Assembly: GCA_046313635.1 (NCBI GenBank)
Contig: JBKBYA010000001.1
Location: forward strand, 927,481-991,480
Length of the DNA: 64,000 nucleotides
Direction of reading: 5' to 3'
Source of the DNA: Pyrinomonadaceae bacterium
Lineage (GTDB): Bacteria > Acidobacteriota > Blastocatellia > Pyrinomonadales > Pyrinomonadaceae
Shown: positions 19,251-28,745 of the stretch, piece by piece
How positions within the stretch are numbered: position 1 is the first letter of the stretch
Layout of the letters: each line of letters starts with the position of its first letter
Position numbers and translations under genes: made by a program
Notes under the pieces: model-generated
Told to the model about the DNA's origin: nothing
The model's input: only the letters and a program-made list of their open reading frames with translations
The model's database searches: none

Positions 19251-20968
19251 TCGCCGACGAGGTCGTTCAATTTCTCTAATCCGCCCGCCACGTCCTTGCC
19301 GAGGTGCACCCGCAATGCGCGGCGGCCGCGATCGAGCAATACCTGAAAATCGCCGCGCGCCTGCGCCGCCTTGACGACGCCGAACGTGAATTGCTGCCCC
19401 GGCACCGGGATGTCGAACGCATCGTCCGACGTCACCTGCAGAAACACGCCGTTGTTGCCGCCGCCCTTGTACGCCTGACCGGTCGAGTGCAGAAATCGCG
19501 GGCCAAAGCCCAGACACGTCGCGACGCCGTGCGACTCGAGCACCGCTTCGCGGATGCTCTGCAGCAGGCGGTCGTTATCGCGGTTCATCTCGACATAGGC
19601 GAGCAGGGCAAAATAATCGTGCTCCTGAATGTTGAGCAGATGCGCCTCGATGAGCGACGCGAGCGAGGGCTCGTCGACCGCGGCCGAGAGCTCGGCGGCG
19701 TACTCTTCGCTGGTAAAAAGCCTGATGCCGTCGGCCTCGAAAAAGGGAACTTCGGCCGGCAGCGCACCGGTCGCTTCATACTCGGCGGTCAGTTTGCGCG
19801 CCTCGATCTTTGCCGCCTCGACGTCGGGCTGGTTAAAAGGATTGATGCCCATGATCGAGCCCGCGACGGCGGTCGCGAATTCCCAGCGGAAGAATTCCTG
19901 TCCGAGATCCTCGACGTCGTCGAGCTCGATCAGCACAAAAGGATGCCCCGCGTCGCGGATCGCGTCGAGCATCTGGATCTGCGCCTTTTCGTCCTCGCCG
20001 GCGAGCGTCGCCAAGCCGGGCCGCGACGTTCTGAGATAGACAAACAGCCGATCGCCGCCGTACGTCTCGGCCGGGAAGACCGGCTCGCGATCGACCGGGA
20101 TGATGGCCGTGCCGCGCTTGCCGGTCGACTCGGCGATGAGCTGCTCGAGCCACGCGCCGAGGTCGTAGATCTCGGGCGACGTAAAGATCGTCAGCTTGTC
20201 ACGGCCGTGCGAATGCGCGACGCCGAGAATGAGGCCGAGCATCGCTCCCGGATTCTGCGCCGCGTCGGTCGTACGGCACGCGTCGACCATCTCTATCGAA
20301 CGAGCGAGAAGGTCGCCGACATCGAGCCCCATCGCGGCGGCCGCCGCCATTCCAAAGACCGACAGTGCCGAGAACCTCCCGCCGATCTCAGGGTCGCCGT
20401 AAAAGATATGCCGAAACCCGTCGGCCCGCGCGACCTCTTCCATCTTTGACCCCGGATCGGTGATCGCGACAAACTGGCGGCCCGCATTCTCCCGGCCGAC
20501 GCGCTCGGCGACGCGCTCAAAAAAGTACTGCTTGAAGCAGTTGGGCTCCAGCGTCGAGCCCGACTTGCTTGCGACGATAAAGAGAGTCTTTTCGAGATCG
20601 ACAGCGTCCTCGACCGCCTTGACCTGCGCCGGCACGGTCGAGTCGAGCACGTGAAAATTCTCGACGCCGAAGGTGATCGCCAGCACCTCGGGGCACAGCG
20701 ACGAGCCGCCCATTCCCATCAGCAGCACGTCCGCGAATCCGGCGTCGGCGATGTCACGCCGCAGCTCGCGATACTTGTCGAGATCTCGCGATTCGCGCTC
20801 AGCGACGTCGAGCCAGCCGAGCCATTTCGATTCGTCGTCGTCGGTCCAGAGGTCGGCCTCTTTGTTCCAGATCTTTGAGACGTATCCGTTCTCCTGCCAG
20901 GCGGCGAGCTGCACGGCAAAGGCTTCGCTGAGCTCCGGCGGGAGCGAGTAGGTCATCTTATTGAGCAT
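19241..20968 (-). CDS. pgi: Glucose-6-phosphate isomerase (type found in Tal-Pgi fusions, here standalone)
   Basis: GMGGSSL, SKSGSTLE, TDPGS, GGRFSALS, EQLIAESTGK, NPFNQPDVE, GPRFLHSTGQ. Confidence 0.88.
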   Translation of the reverse strand: MLNKMTYSLPPELSEAFAVQLAAWQENGYVSKIWNKEADLWTDDDESKWLGWLDVAERESRDLDKYRELRRDIADAGFADVLLMGMGGSSLCPEVLAITFGVENFHVLDSTVPAQVKAVEDAVDLEKTLFIVASKSGSTLEPNCFKQYFFERVAERVGRENAGRQFVAITDPGSKMEEVARADGFRHIFYGDPEIGGRFSALSVFGMAAAAAMGLDVGDLLARSIEMVDACRTTDAAQNPGAMLGLILGVAHSHGRDKLTIFTSPEIYDLGAWLEQLIAESTGKRGTAIIPVDREPVFPAETYGGDRLFVYLRTSRPGLATLAGEDEKAQIQMLDAIRDAGHPFVLIELDDVEDLGQEFFRWEFATAVAGSIMGINPFNQPDVEAAKIEARKLTAEYEATGALPAEVPFFEADGIRLFTSEEYAAELSAAVDEPSLASLIEAHLLNIQEHDYFALLAYVEMNRDNDRLLQSIREAVLESHGVATCLGFGPRFLHSTGQAYKGGGNNGVFLQVTSDDAFDIPVPGQQFTFGVVKAAQARGDFQVLLDRGRRALRVHLGKDVAGGLEKLNDLVGDHS

Positions 20969-21047
20969 AGTCACATCTTCAGTGAATCTCGCGCGTACTG
21001 TCAACGATCAGGCATTCGGGCTAGAATCGTCACATTCCGGAGGCTGT

Positions 21048-21986
21048 ATGAAGACAATAATGTGCTCGATCCGATGCGTGTGCGTGAGGCTGGTGTTGGC
21101 GGCGGCGGCCGCCGCAGGCGTCTTTGCGGCGGCGGCCGCAGGTCAGACGTGCGCCGAGAGAGCGACCGAGATCAAACCCGTCCTTTCTGCCGAAACGCGC
21201 GCTTTGTACGATCGCAAATTGGCGGAGGCGTTCGAGGCCGACCGCCGCTCGGGCAACAGCCTCGAGACGACCATCTGGCTCGGCCGCCGCATCGCCTATA
21301 TCGGCGATTACAAGGCGGCGATCAGACAATTCACTTCCGGCATCGCTCGCTTTCCAAAGGACGCGCGTCTTTATCGCCATCGCGGGCACCGCCTGATCAC
21401 TCTGCGCTGTTTCGACGACGCGATCAGAGATCTCGAGACGGCCGCGAAACTGGTAAAGGGCAGGCCCGACGAGGTCGAGCCCGACGGCCTGCCGAACGCG
21501 CGAAACATCCCGACCAGCACTCTGCAGTCGAACATTTGGTATCACCTCGGCCTGGCGTACTACCTCAAGGGCGATTTTGAGAAGGCTCTTAGTGCTTACA
21601 ACGAGGCCGAAAAGGTCTCAAAAAATCCCGACATGCTCGTCGCGACCAAGCATTGGCAGTACATGACGCTTCGCCGGCTGGGCAAAAAGGACGAGGCAGA
21701 ACGAGCGATCGCCGCGATCCCCGACGATCTCGACATCATCGAGAACGGCGACTATTACAAACTCATCAAGCTGTATCAGGGAAAGCTGAGCGGCGAAAGT
21801 TTGCTGAAGGAGTTTGAAGCGATGCCCGACAGCGTGAGTCGCGCGACGCTCGGCTACGGCCTCGGCAACCGGTTTCTCTACCACGGTAAACGGGCCGAGG
21901 CGGATAAGATCTTTCGGCAGATCACGGCCGGTAAGCAATGGGCGAGCTTCGGCTACATAGCCGCGGAAAAAAGTTCAGGGTTTTGA
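21048..21986 (+). CDS. Exported TPR-repeat protein
   Basis: GGAGG RBS, signal peptide, TPR-like helices (WYHLGLAYYLKGDFEKA). Confidence 0.8.
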   Translation: MKTIMCSIRCVCVRLVLAAAAAAGVFAAAAAGQTCAERATEIKPVLSAETRALYDRKLAEAFEADRRSGNSLETTIWLGRRIAYIGDYKAAIRQFTSGIARFPKDARLYRHRGHRLITLRCFDDAIRDLETAAKLVKGRPDEVEPDGLPNARNIPTSTLQSNIWYHLGLAYYLKGDFEKALSAYNEAEKVSKNPDMLVATKHWQYMTLRRLGKKDEAERAIAAIPDDLDIIENGDYYKLIKLYQGKLSGESLLKEFEAMPDSVSRATLGYGLGNRFLYHGKRAEADKIFRQITAGKQWASFGYIAAEKSSGF

Positions 21987-22068
21987 GTTCGGGGCTCAAG
22001 GTGTTGAGTTCCGGGTTCAGAGTTCGGAGTTTAGGGACTCTTAACCCTGAACCCCGAACTCCGAACTT
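21971..22068. repeat. Inverted heptamer array (GRGTTCR-like x9 / YGAACYY x4)
   Basis: aagttca gggtttt gagttcg gggctca aggtgtt gagttcc gggttca gagttcg gagttta ... ttaaccc tgaaccc cgaactc cgaactt, between convergent genes. Confidence 0.75.
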
Positions 22069-23237
22069 CACTTCCCCAGCCACCCGAGCAGCATCTCTTC
22101 CTGCCGGTGAAAGGCCTGCTCGGGGCGGCCGGTTCTTGTCATCGGGAGTTTGAAGAAAACGGAGAGCTGCTCCTGCACGCCCGACTCGCAGCGTCTCTGC
22201 GCGAGGTCGAGGCAGCGGGCGATCTCGATGGCGAGCGGCGCCGCGAGGATCGAATCCTTACAAAGAAAGTTCACCTTGATCTGCATCGGCTGCCCGAGAA
22301 ATCCTGTGATGTCGACGTTGTCCCACGCCTCCTTGCTGTCGCCGCGAGGCCGGTAGTAGCGGATGTCGACGATGTGGTCCTCGACGTCGTAGCCGAGGAT
22401 GTCCTCGAGCACCGAGCTCTTGGTCTTTACTTTTGAAGCGAGCGAATCTTCGTTCGACAGCGCGAGGCCGTCGCGGTTGCCGAGGATGTTGGTCGAGTAC
22501 CAGCCCTCGACCTTGAGCGCCCGCGAGCGGAGCGCCGGGGCCAGCACCGTTTTGATGAACGTCTGCCCGGTCTTGCCGTCCTTGCCGGCGACGGGAACTT
22601 TTTGCTGCTCGGCAAACTCGATCAGCGCCGGAATGTCGGCCGCGACCGACGGCGTGAAGTTGCCGTACGGCACGCCCTCGGCGATCGACGCGTAGGCGTA
22701 GAGCATCGCCGGCGAGATCTCGGGCGAATCGTCGTCGAGCGCCTTTTCAAAACCGGCAAGCGAGTTAAAGACCTCGCTCCCTTCGGCGGCGAGCTTCTCG
22801 GTCGAGGCGAGGTTGATCACGACGACCGAATCGCAGCGCTGCTTGAATGCGGCAAGGTCGGCGCGCAGCTTTGCGATCGCGTCGCGATGCGAGCCGCCGT
22901 CGACGCGGTTGGTGCCGTCGATATTTGCGAGAAACGCCCGGTTGCCGATCGCCGGCCACGGCTTGATCGCCCGCAGCTCGCTCTCGACCGCGGCGTGCTG
23001 CTTGTAGGTCAGCACCTCGTGATCCTCGGCGGCCTTGGCGAGGTGATCGGGAAAGAGGTCCCAGCCGGCAAAAACGATCTTGTCGTAATCGGCCAGCTCC
23101 GCACTCGCGAGACCTGCGAGCGGCAGGCCTTCGGTGCCGACCATGCCCTTCTTCAGCAGCTCAATCCCGGCGACCATCGTCGTCCCGACCGCGCCGCCGA
23201 GCCCGATCACCGCGATGCCAAGCTTTTTAAGTGTCAT
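22068..23237 (-). CDS. ino1: myo-inositol-1-phosphate synthase
   Basis: GLGGAVG, NLASTE, GKDGKTGQT, NILGNRDG, SKEAWD, DSILAAPL. Confidence 0.92.
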   Translation of the reverse strand: MTLKKLGIAVIGLGGAVGTTMVAGIELLKKGMVGTEGLPLAGLASAELADYDKIVFAGWDLFPDHLAKAAEDHEVLTYKQHAAVESELRAIKPWPAIGNRAFLANIDGTNRVDGGSHRDAIAKLRADLAAFKQRCDSVVVINLASTEKLAAEGSEVFNSLAGFEKALDDDSPEISPAMLYAYASIAEGVPYGNFTPSVAADIPALIEFAEQQKVPVAGKDGKTGQTFIKTVLAPALRSRALKVEGWYSTNILGNRDGLALSNEDSLASKVKTKSSVLEDILGYDVEDHIVDIRYYRPRGDSKEAWDNVDITGFLGQPMQIKVNFLCKDSILAAPLAIEIARCLDLAQRRCESGVQEQLSVFFKLPMTRTGRPEQAFHRQEEMLLGWLGK

Positions 23238-23349
23238 AAGCGAAGCGTAAGTTTACAACTTTGAAATTGGTGCCTCAACGACGGGCCGTGCGGCACGCGT
23301 CGCCGCGTCCGAAACGCGAAACGCTCCGACGGCAAATGCCCGCCCGCGC

Positions 23350-23382
23350 AAAAAATGGGAGAGGCCCGGGCCTCTCCCATTT
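23350..23382 (-). terminator. Intrinsic terminator of the subtilase gene
   Basis: AAATGGGAGAGGC-ccgg-GCCTCTCCCATTT with T-run on the minus strand. Confidence 0.8.
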
Positions 23383-23404
23383 CGTTGACTGCCGGATGGT
23401 CTCG

Positions 23405-26400
23405 TCAGTTGATCGGCGTGACGCTCACGGTACCGGTGAGCGGGTTGACCGTAAAGCTCAGCAACGAACCCGTTGCGGGCAGGCCGCCCGTACTGGTCGT
23501 GGTCGAGCCCGAACCGCCCGATGTCGTTCCACCGGTCGGGCCGGTACCGCCGGACGTCGTGCCGCCCGCGCCGCCGCCGGCCGCGCCGCTCAGGACGTTG
23601 GCCTTGACGCGAGCCGTGAACGTAAAGAGCACCGTGTTTGGATTGCTGAACCGGATCAGCTTGTTCGAGCTCTCCTCGTTCTGGACAAAGCTGCTGCCGA
23701 CGGTCTGCGAATAGTCGAAGATGCCGACAGTGCCGACGCCGTCGCCGCCGTTATCTGCGTTAGCGACACGTACCGAATTGCCCGACGACTGCACCGAGAT
23801 GATCTCGAAACGCAGGTTCGGATAATAGACGGTCGCCGAATTGTTCTTGAGCGCCGTCGTCAGCTCGGTCGCTCCCGCAGGGAAGACGATCGTGCAGTTC
23901 AACGCCGTGATGTCATTCGTCGCGTCCACCTCGGTCCGTCGTGAGACCGTAATGCTCTCGACATTGCTCGGTACCGTCACATACTTGCCGACGCGGCCGG
24001 GAGTTATCGAACGAATGCGGTAACTGTACGTGCCGTCCGGGCTGGTAAACGAAGCGCTCGTCGCATTCGCCGGGGCGGTCGCCACCACGCTCCAGTTCGT
24101 GCCGTCGGTCGAGCTTTCGATCTCGTAGGAGTCGACCGCTCCCCGCGGCTGCCAGGTCAGGGTGTAGCTGCCGTCAAAGTCGTGACGCACGCCGCCCTGT
24201 GTGAAATCCGAGCTGAATGCCTGCACGACGGGAGCCGCCCCGCCGCGGAGTTCGGTGCTCGTGATCTGGAAGTCGGTCGGCCCGTTCGCCCATCCGTAAA
24301 CGCGATAGATATAGCGTCCGGGAATGGTCGTGTTGGCCGCGATGTGTTCCGGCGAATCGGAATTGCCCGAGCTTCCGATCTCGTTGCCGTTCGGGTCGAA
24401 AAGCAGGAAATCGAGATCGGGCAAACCTACGCCGGCGCCCGTGTCGGTGATGTCCCAGGTGAGTGTGGCGTCGAGCTTGAGCGTCGACGAGTCGATGTTC
24501 ACGGGTACGTCAACGTATGTTGCGTTAGCGGCCACGTAGACCTTGTTGTCACGCTGTACTCCGCCGTCGCCCGCGAGGACCGTGCCTTCATAGGTGTTGG
24601 TCACAGACGAAGCGATTTGATCGGAGGGCAGCGACGGCGTTGCCCGCAGGTACATCGGCATACGCAGTTTGCTCGCACCGTTGACGGCGACGACGTACCA
24701 CTGCAGCTGCTTGATATCCAGCGACCGGACGATATCGCCATCGAGCGACACTGTCGCGGTGAACGACGCGGTGCCGTTCGCGGGAACCGTCACGCTCGCC
24801 GGGCTGACCGAGGTGGAAACTCCGCTGATATCGGTCGATCGGTTGTTCACCGTCGAAAGGCTGTAGGTTCCGCCCTGGCCCGACACGTCGCGAATGACGA
24901 CCGGCACGCTGTAGGTATTGACGATGCGATTGTTCAGTATCGCCTTTTCACCGAACGAATGACTGCCGAGGATGGCAGGCGCCGCGATCCCGTCGCCTTC
25001 CACGCCCATCAGCGCTTTGGTGTTGACGGCTGCGCCGACGTCGATCAGTCCGCCGCCCTGTTCGTTGATAGAATCAGCCGCGGCACCGTCCGATTTGGAA
25101 GTGCCGTTCGTGCGGCGAAGGTTGGTCGAAGTATTGATCAGCGCCGTACGGATCATATCCGGCGTCCAGTTGAGATGCGACTGCTTCACGAGCGACGCCG
25201 CTCCCGCGACGTGAGGGCCGGAAAAGCTCGTTCCGCTCGCGGGTATGTAACCCGTCGGGTCAAACATCGTGCCCCCGCCCGTCGTCGCGCCCCCGACGCG
25301 TACGGTCGCGCTGACGACCGCCACGCCCGGCGCGGTGACGTCCGGCTTGACCTGACCAAAGCCTGCGACCGGCCCGCGCGAGCTGAATGCCGCGGTCTCG
25401 CCGACAAACACGTCGGTCAGGAACGGATTCATACGGATCGGAAGTTCCGAAACGGTCGCGTTCGGAGGATCGACTGCATTGTTGTCGTTGGACAACATCG
25501 CATCGAGCAGGACCTCGCCGTCTTCCGGCGAGATGATGGCGCACGGTATCGTGCCGCGAATGGCCGTCGGATTGGTCGTCGTCGAGATCAGGATCATTCC
25601 CGCGGCACCGGCAAGCGAGGCACGGTTGCAGCGGTCTGCAAAGGTCGCGCCGAGGCCCGAGCCTTTGACGAGTGCGATCTTGCCGCTCACGGCGGCGGGA
25701 TACGTCGTGCCGGTCGCCGGCAGATTCACAAATACGTATCGCTGTGCGATCGAGCCGGCCGCAGGGTCGGGCGTGCCCGCCATTTTAAAGAGTTTCAGGC
25801 GGTTAAAGCCGGGCTGCGTCGGCAGCGTATTGGCCGGCGTGACGACACCGACACGCGTGGGCGAGACAGCCGAGGCCTGGAGCAGATCGACGGACCAGTT
25901 CGCGTTGGCCGCGCCCGGATGCGTCGTCGCGGCAACGGCGATAACGTGGCGGCCGGCAGCCGGCGCGCCGACCGTTCCTTCGCCCGGGCCGGAGTTGCCG
26001 GCCGAGGCGACGACGGTCGTGCCGAGCAGTGCGGCGTTGTCGGCAGCGACGGCCGTCGCGCTGTCGGGGCCGCCTACACCGCCGAGGCTCAAATTGATCA
26101 CGTGGGCGATCGGCTTCGGCTGCATCGTCAGAGTCACGGGCGAGACGGCGTCCTCGAGACCGAGGATCGTCGAAGCCGAAACGCAGCTTCCCGTACCGGT
26201 ACAAACCTTGTATCCCATCAAGCGGGCCTGCGGAGCGACGCCGTGAACGCGCACGTCGTCAGCCGTTCCCGGCAGGCCGTCGGCGCCCGGGGCCATCGCG
26301 AGATAGCCGGCGATATTCGATGCGGCCGCGGTGCCGTGACCGAAATCGTCGGCGACGCCGCCCGAGAACGAAAGGTAGTAAATGACCTTCTTATTTGAGT

Positions 26401-27076
26401 TGGTCGCGGCCGTCGGCGGAGCGAGTCCCAAACGCGGAGGCGTCGGGTCGCCGCCAAACATCGGGTGCGTCCAGTCGATGCCGGTGTCGAGTACGGCCAC
26501 GTTCATTCCCTGGCCCTCGTATCCTTCGCGAAAGTCGTCAAAGGGCGTCAATTCGGGATACTGGCCATAGACGGCCGGCGCGTTGATGTACGGAACGCTC
26601 TTGTTCAGATCGAGGGTCAGGTAATCATTCGGCTTTACGCTTTTGACCTGCGGCATCGATCGGATCGTTTCGATCGCCGCGGGCGGCACGGTCAGGGTGA
26701 TGCCGTTGAGCACCAGGTTGAATCGATAATCGACCCGGCCGCGCGTCGTGCCGTCAAAATCCTGTATATCGACGCCGTCGATGGTGTACGAAATATCTCG
26801 AGCCTGAAGCTCGGCAAGGAACGCGTTCTGCTCGGCGGTCACAGAATCACGGTAGTTCTGCAGCTCTGCGTCGGAAACGGCCTGACCGGCCTGCACACGG
26901 CGGGCTTTCCAGACCGCGGCCGGCTCGGCGTTCAGCTGCACGATCACCGACGTTGCGATACCGGACGCTTCTGCCCGGAAATGCCTGTCGATCAAAAAGG
27001 CGCCGCCGGCGACCGACATCAGTACTAAGACCGAGACTATCGCTCGCGTCCTATGGATGATCCTCGGGATTCTCAT
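23405..27076 (-). CDS. Large secreted S8 subtilase (Vpr-like: I9 propeptide, PA insert, PPC/FN3-like C-terminal domains)
   Basis: Triad VAVLDTG / GHGTAAA / SGTSFSGPHVAG; ASAGNSG; FSSRGP..KPDVTAPG; GAGGAG RBS before MRIPR. Confidence 0.92.
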   Translation of the reverse strand: MRIPRIIHRTRAIVSVLVLMSVAGGAFLIDRHFRAEASGIATSVIVQLNAEPAAVWKARRVQAGQAVSDAELQNYRDSVTAEQNAFLAELQARDISYTIDGVDIQDFDGTTRGRVDYRFNLVLNGITLTVPPAAIETIRSMPQVKSVKPNDYLTLDLNKSVPYINAPAVYGQYPELTPFDDFREGYEGQGMNVAVLDTGIDWTHPMFGGDPTPPRLGLAPPTAATNSNKKVIYYLSFSGGVADDFGHGTAAASNIAGYLAMAPGADGLPGTADDVRVHGVAPQARLMGYKVCTGTGSCVSASTILGLEDAVSPVTLTMQPKPIAHVINLSLGGVGGPDSATAVAADNAALLGTTVVASAGNSGPGEGTVGAPAAGRHVIAVAATTHPGAANANWSVDLLQASAVSPTRVGVVTPANTLPTQPGFNRLKLFKMAGTPDPAAGSIAQRYVFVNLPATGTTYPAAVSGKIALVKGSGLGATFADRCNRASLAGAAGMILISTTTNPTAIRGTIPCAIISPEDGEVLLDAMLSNDNNAVDPPNATVSELPIRMNPFLTDVFVGETAAFSSRGPVAGFGQVKPDVTAPGVAVVSATVRVGGATTGGGTMFDPTGYIPASGTSFSGPHVAGAASLVKQSHLNWTPDMIRTALINTSTNLRRTNGTSKSDGAAADSINEQGGGLIDVGAAVNTKALMGVEGDGIAAPAILGSHSFGEKAILNNRIVNTYSVPVVIRDVSGQGGTYSLSTVNNRSTDISGVSTSVSPASVTVPANGTASFTATVSLDGDIVRSLDIKQLQWYVVAVNGASKLRMPMYLRATPSLPSDQIASSVTNTYEGTVLAGDGGVQRDNKVYVAANATYVDVPVNIDSSTLKLDATLTWDITDTGAGVGLPDLDFLLFDPNGNEIGSSGNSDSPEHIAANTTIPGRYIYRVYGWANGPTDFQITSTELRGGAAPVVQAFSSDFTQGGVRHDFDGSYTLTWQPRGAVDSYEIESSTDGTNWSVVATAPANATSASFTSPDGTYSYRIRSITPGRVGKYVTVPSNVESITVSRRTEVDATNDITALNCTIVFPAGATELTTALKNNSATVYYPNLRFEIISVQSSGNSVRVANADNGGDGVGTVGIFDYSQTVGSSFVQNEESSNKLIRFSNPNTVLFTFTARVKANVLSGAAGGGAGGTTSGGTGPTGGTTSGGSGSTTTSTGGLPATGSLLSFTVNPLTGTVSVTPIN

Positions 27077-27410
27077 TCTTATTCTCCTCAATGCAAAAAT
27101 ATGGATAGCCACAAGCTTTGTATGCGGGAGCGACCGGACTTTTGGCTGGTGCGAAGAGAGTATTTGCCGAGGCTTGAGAAATAGTTGAAGGCGGGTTGAG
27201 AAAAACTTGACCGCGGATCTGCAAAACTGCCAACCGCGATGCCTAATTCAGCCGGCCTGCGGAGCTGTCCAAATTGCGGCTCCGGGATTTTCGGTATAAA
27301 TTGTTCGAGCCCGCTGCCTCGATCGATCGTGAGAGACAACAGTCGACGACGACTGCCGCGCGATCTTGACGCCGACCGGGAATTGAATAGCGGAGCTATA
27401 ATCAAACACC

Positions 27411-28715
27411 ATGACTCAGATGGAAGGGCGATCGACCGTATCCGACGCGGTCCGCAAGCATAAGGAATTTCTCTTTCCGGCCGTCGCGACCTATTACGAG
27501 GAGCCGATCGCGCTGGTCAAGGGCGAAGGCGAATACGTGTGGGACGATCAGGGCAATCGATATCTCGATTGCTTTGGCGGCGTGCTGACGGTGAGCGTCG
27601 GGCACGCTAATCCGCGCGTCAATGCGGCGATCATCGAGCAGACGGGCAAGATCCAGCACACATCGGCGCTCTACGCTAACCCAAACCAGTCCGACCTCGC
27701 CGAGAAGCTCGCCGAGATCACACCGGGCAAGCTCAAGAAATCGTTTTTTACCTCCACCGGCACCGAGGCTGACGACACGGCGATCACCGCGGCCAAGCTC
27801 GCGACGGGCCGGCATGAGATCGTCGTGCTGCGGCACAGCTACTCGGGCCGCAGCGCGACGGCGCTGTCGGCGGTCGGTCATTCAAGTTGGCGTCCGCTGC
27901 CGTCGCAGGTCGCGGGCATCGTTCACGCGATGGCCCCGTACTGCTATCGGTGCCCCTTCGGCGCGACGCCGGATAATTGCGGAGCGGCTTGCGCGCAGGA
28001 TATCGAGGACGTGATCCGGACGACGACGACCGGCGAGATCGCGGCTTTCATGGCGGAGCCGATACTCGGCGTCGGCGGGTTTATCGTTCCGCCGCCCGGA
28101 TACTTCGAGCGCGCTTACGAGATCGCGCGAGATCACGGCGGCCTCTGCATCGCCGACGAAGTTCAAACCGGCTGGGGCCGGACGGGCGACAAGTGGTTCG
28201 GTATCGAGCAGTGGAATGTCGTGCCCGACATCATGACCTCGGCCAAGGGAATGGCCAACGGAGTGCCGATCGGCTGGACGATCGCGACGCCCGAGGTCGC
28301 CGATAAATTCCCGGGACTGACATTCGCGACCTTTGGCGGCAATCCGGTCTCGACCGCCGCGGCCCTCGCCGTCATCAAGCTGATCGAGGACGACGACCTT
28401 CGCACGAACGCGCGCGTCGTCGGCGGATATCTCCGGAGCAAGTTGGACGAGCTCAAAGACAAATACCCCGTCATCGGCGACGTTCGCGGTATGGGCCTGA
28501 TGCAGGGCATCGAGCTCGTCCGCGACCGCACGACCAAAGAGCCCGCGCCCGACGCGGTGCTCAAGGTCTTTGAGGAGACAAAGCGCCGCGGCGTGCTGAT
28601 CGGCAAGGGCGGCCTCTACGGCAACGTCATCCGCACCGGAATGATGCTCAACTCGACAAAGGACAACGTCGACGAGCTCGTCGCCGCGCTCGATGCCGGA
28701 TTCGGCACTTGCTGA
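27411..28715 (+). CDS. Class III aminotransferase, AGXT2/beta-alanine-pyruvate type
   Basis: YLDCFGGVLTVSVGH, AEPILGVGG, ADEVQTGWGRTG, SAKGMANG, TFGGNP, GKGGLYGNV. Confidence 0.88.
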   Translation: MTQMEGRSTVSDAVRKHKEFLFPAVATYYEEPIALVKGEGEYVWDDQGNRYLDCFGGVLTVSVGHANPRVNAAIIEQTGKIQHTSALYANPNQSDLAEKLAEITPGKLKKSFFTSTGTEADDTAITAAKLATGRHEIVVLRHSYSGRSATALSAVGHSSWRPLPSQVAGIVHAMAPYCYRCPFGATPDNCGAACAQDIEDVIRTTTTGEIAAFMAEPILGVGGFIVPPPGYFERAYEIARDHGGLCIADEVQTGWGRTGDKWFGIEQWNVVPDIMTSAKGMANGVPIGWTIATPEVADKFPGLTFATFGGNPVSTAAALAVIKLIEDDDLRTNARVVGGYLRSKLDELKDKYPVIGDVRGMGLMQGIELVRDRTTKEPAPDAVLKVFEETKRRGVLIGKGGLYGNVIRTGMMLNSTKDNVDELVAALDAGFGTC

Positions 28716-28745
28716 CTCTCAAGTTAATTCCCACGCCCGACCAAT

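Noticed and set aside
18065..22068. Short repeat arrays as CRISPR
   Set aside because: 7-nt tandem units without unique spacers; no cas genes
24182..26398. 738-aa plus-strand ORF, and similar long antisense ORFs (e.g. 1071-2540, 51514-52977, 53162-54544, 62250-63587)
   Set aside because: Shadows of well-supported genes on the opposite strand; stop-poor because of high-GC codon bias; no recognisable motifs
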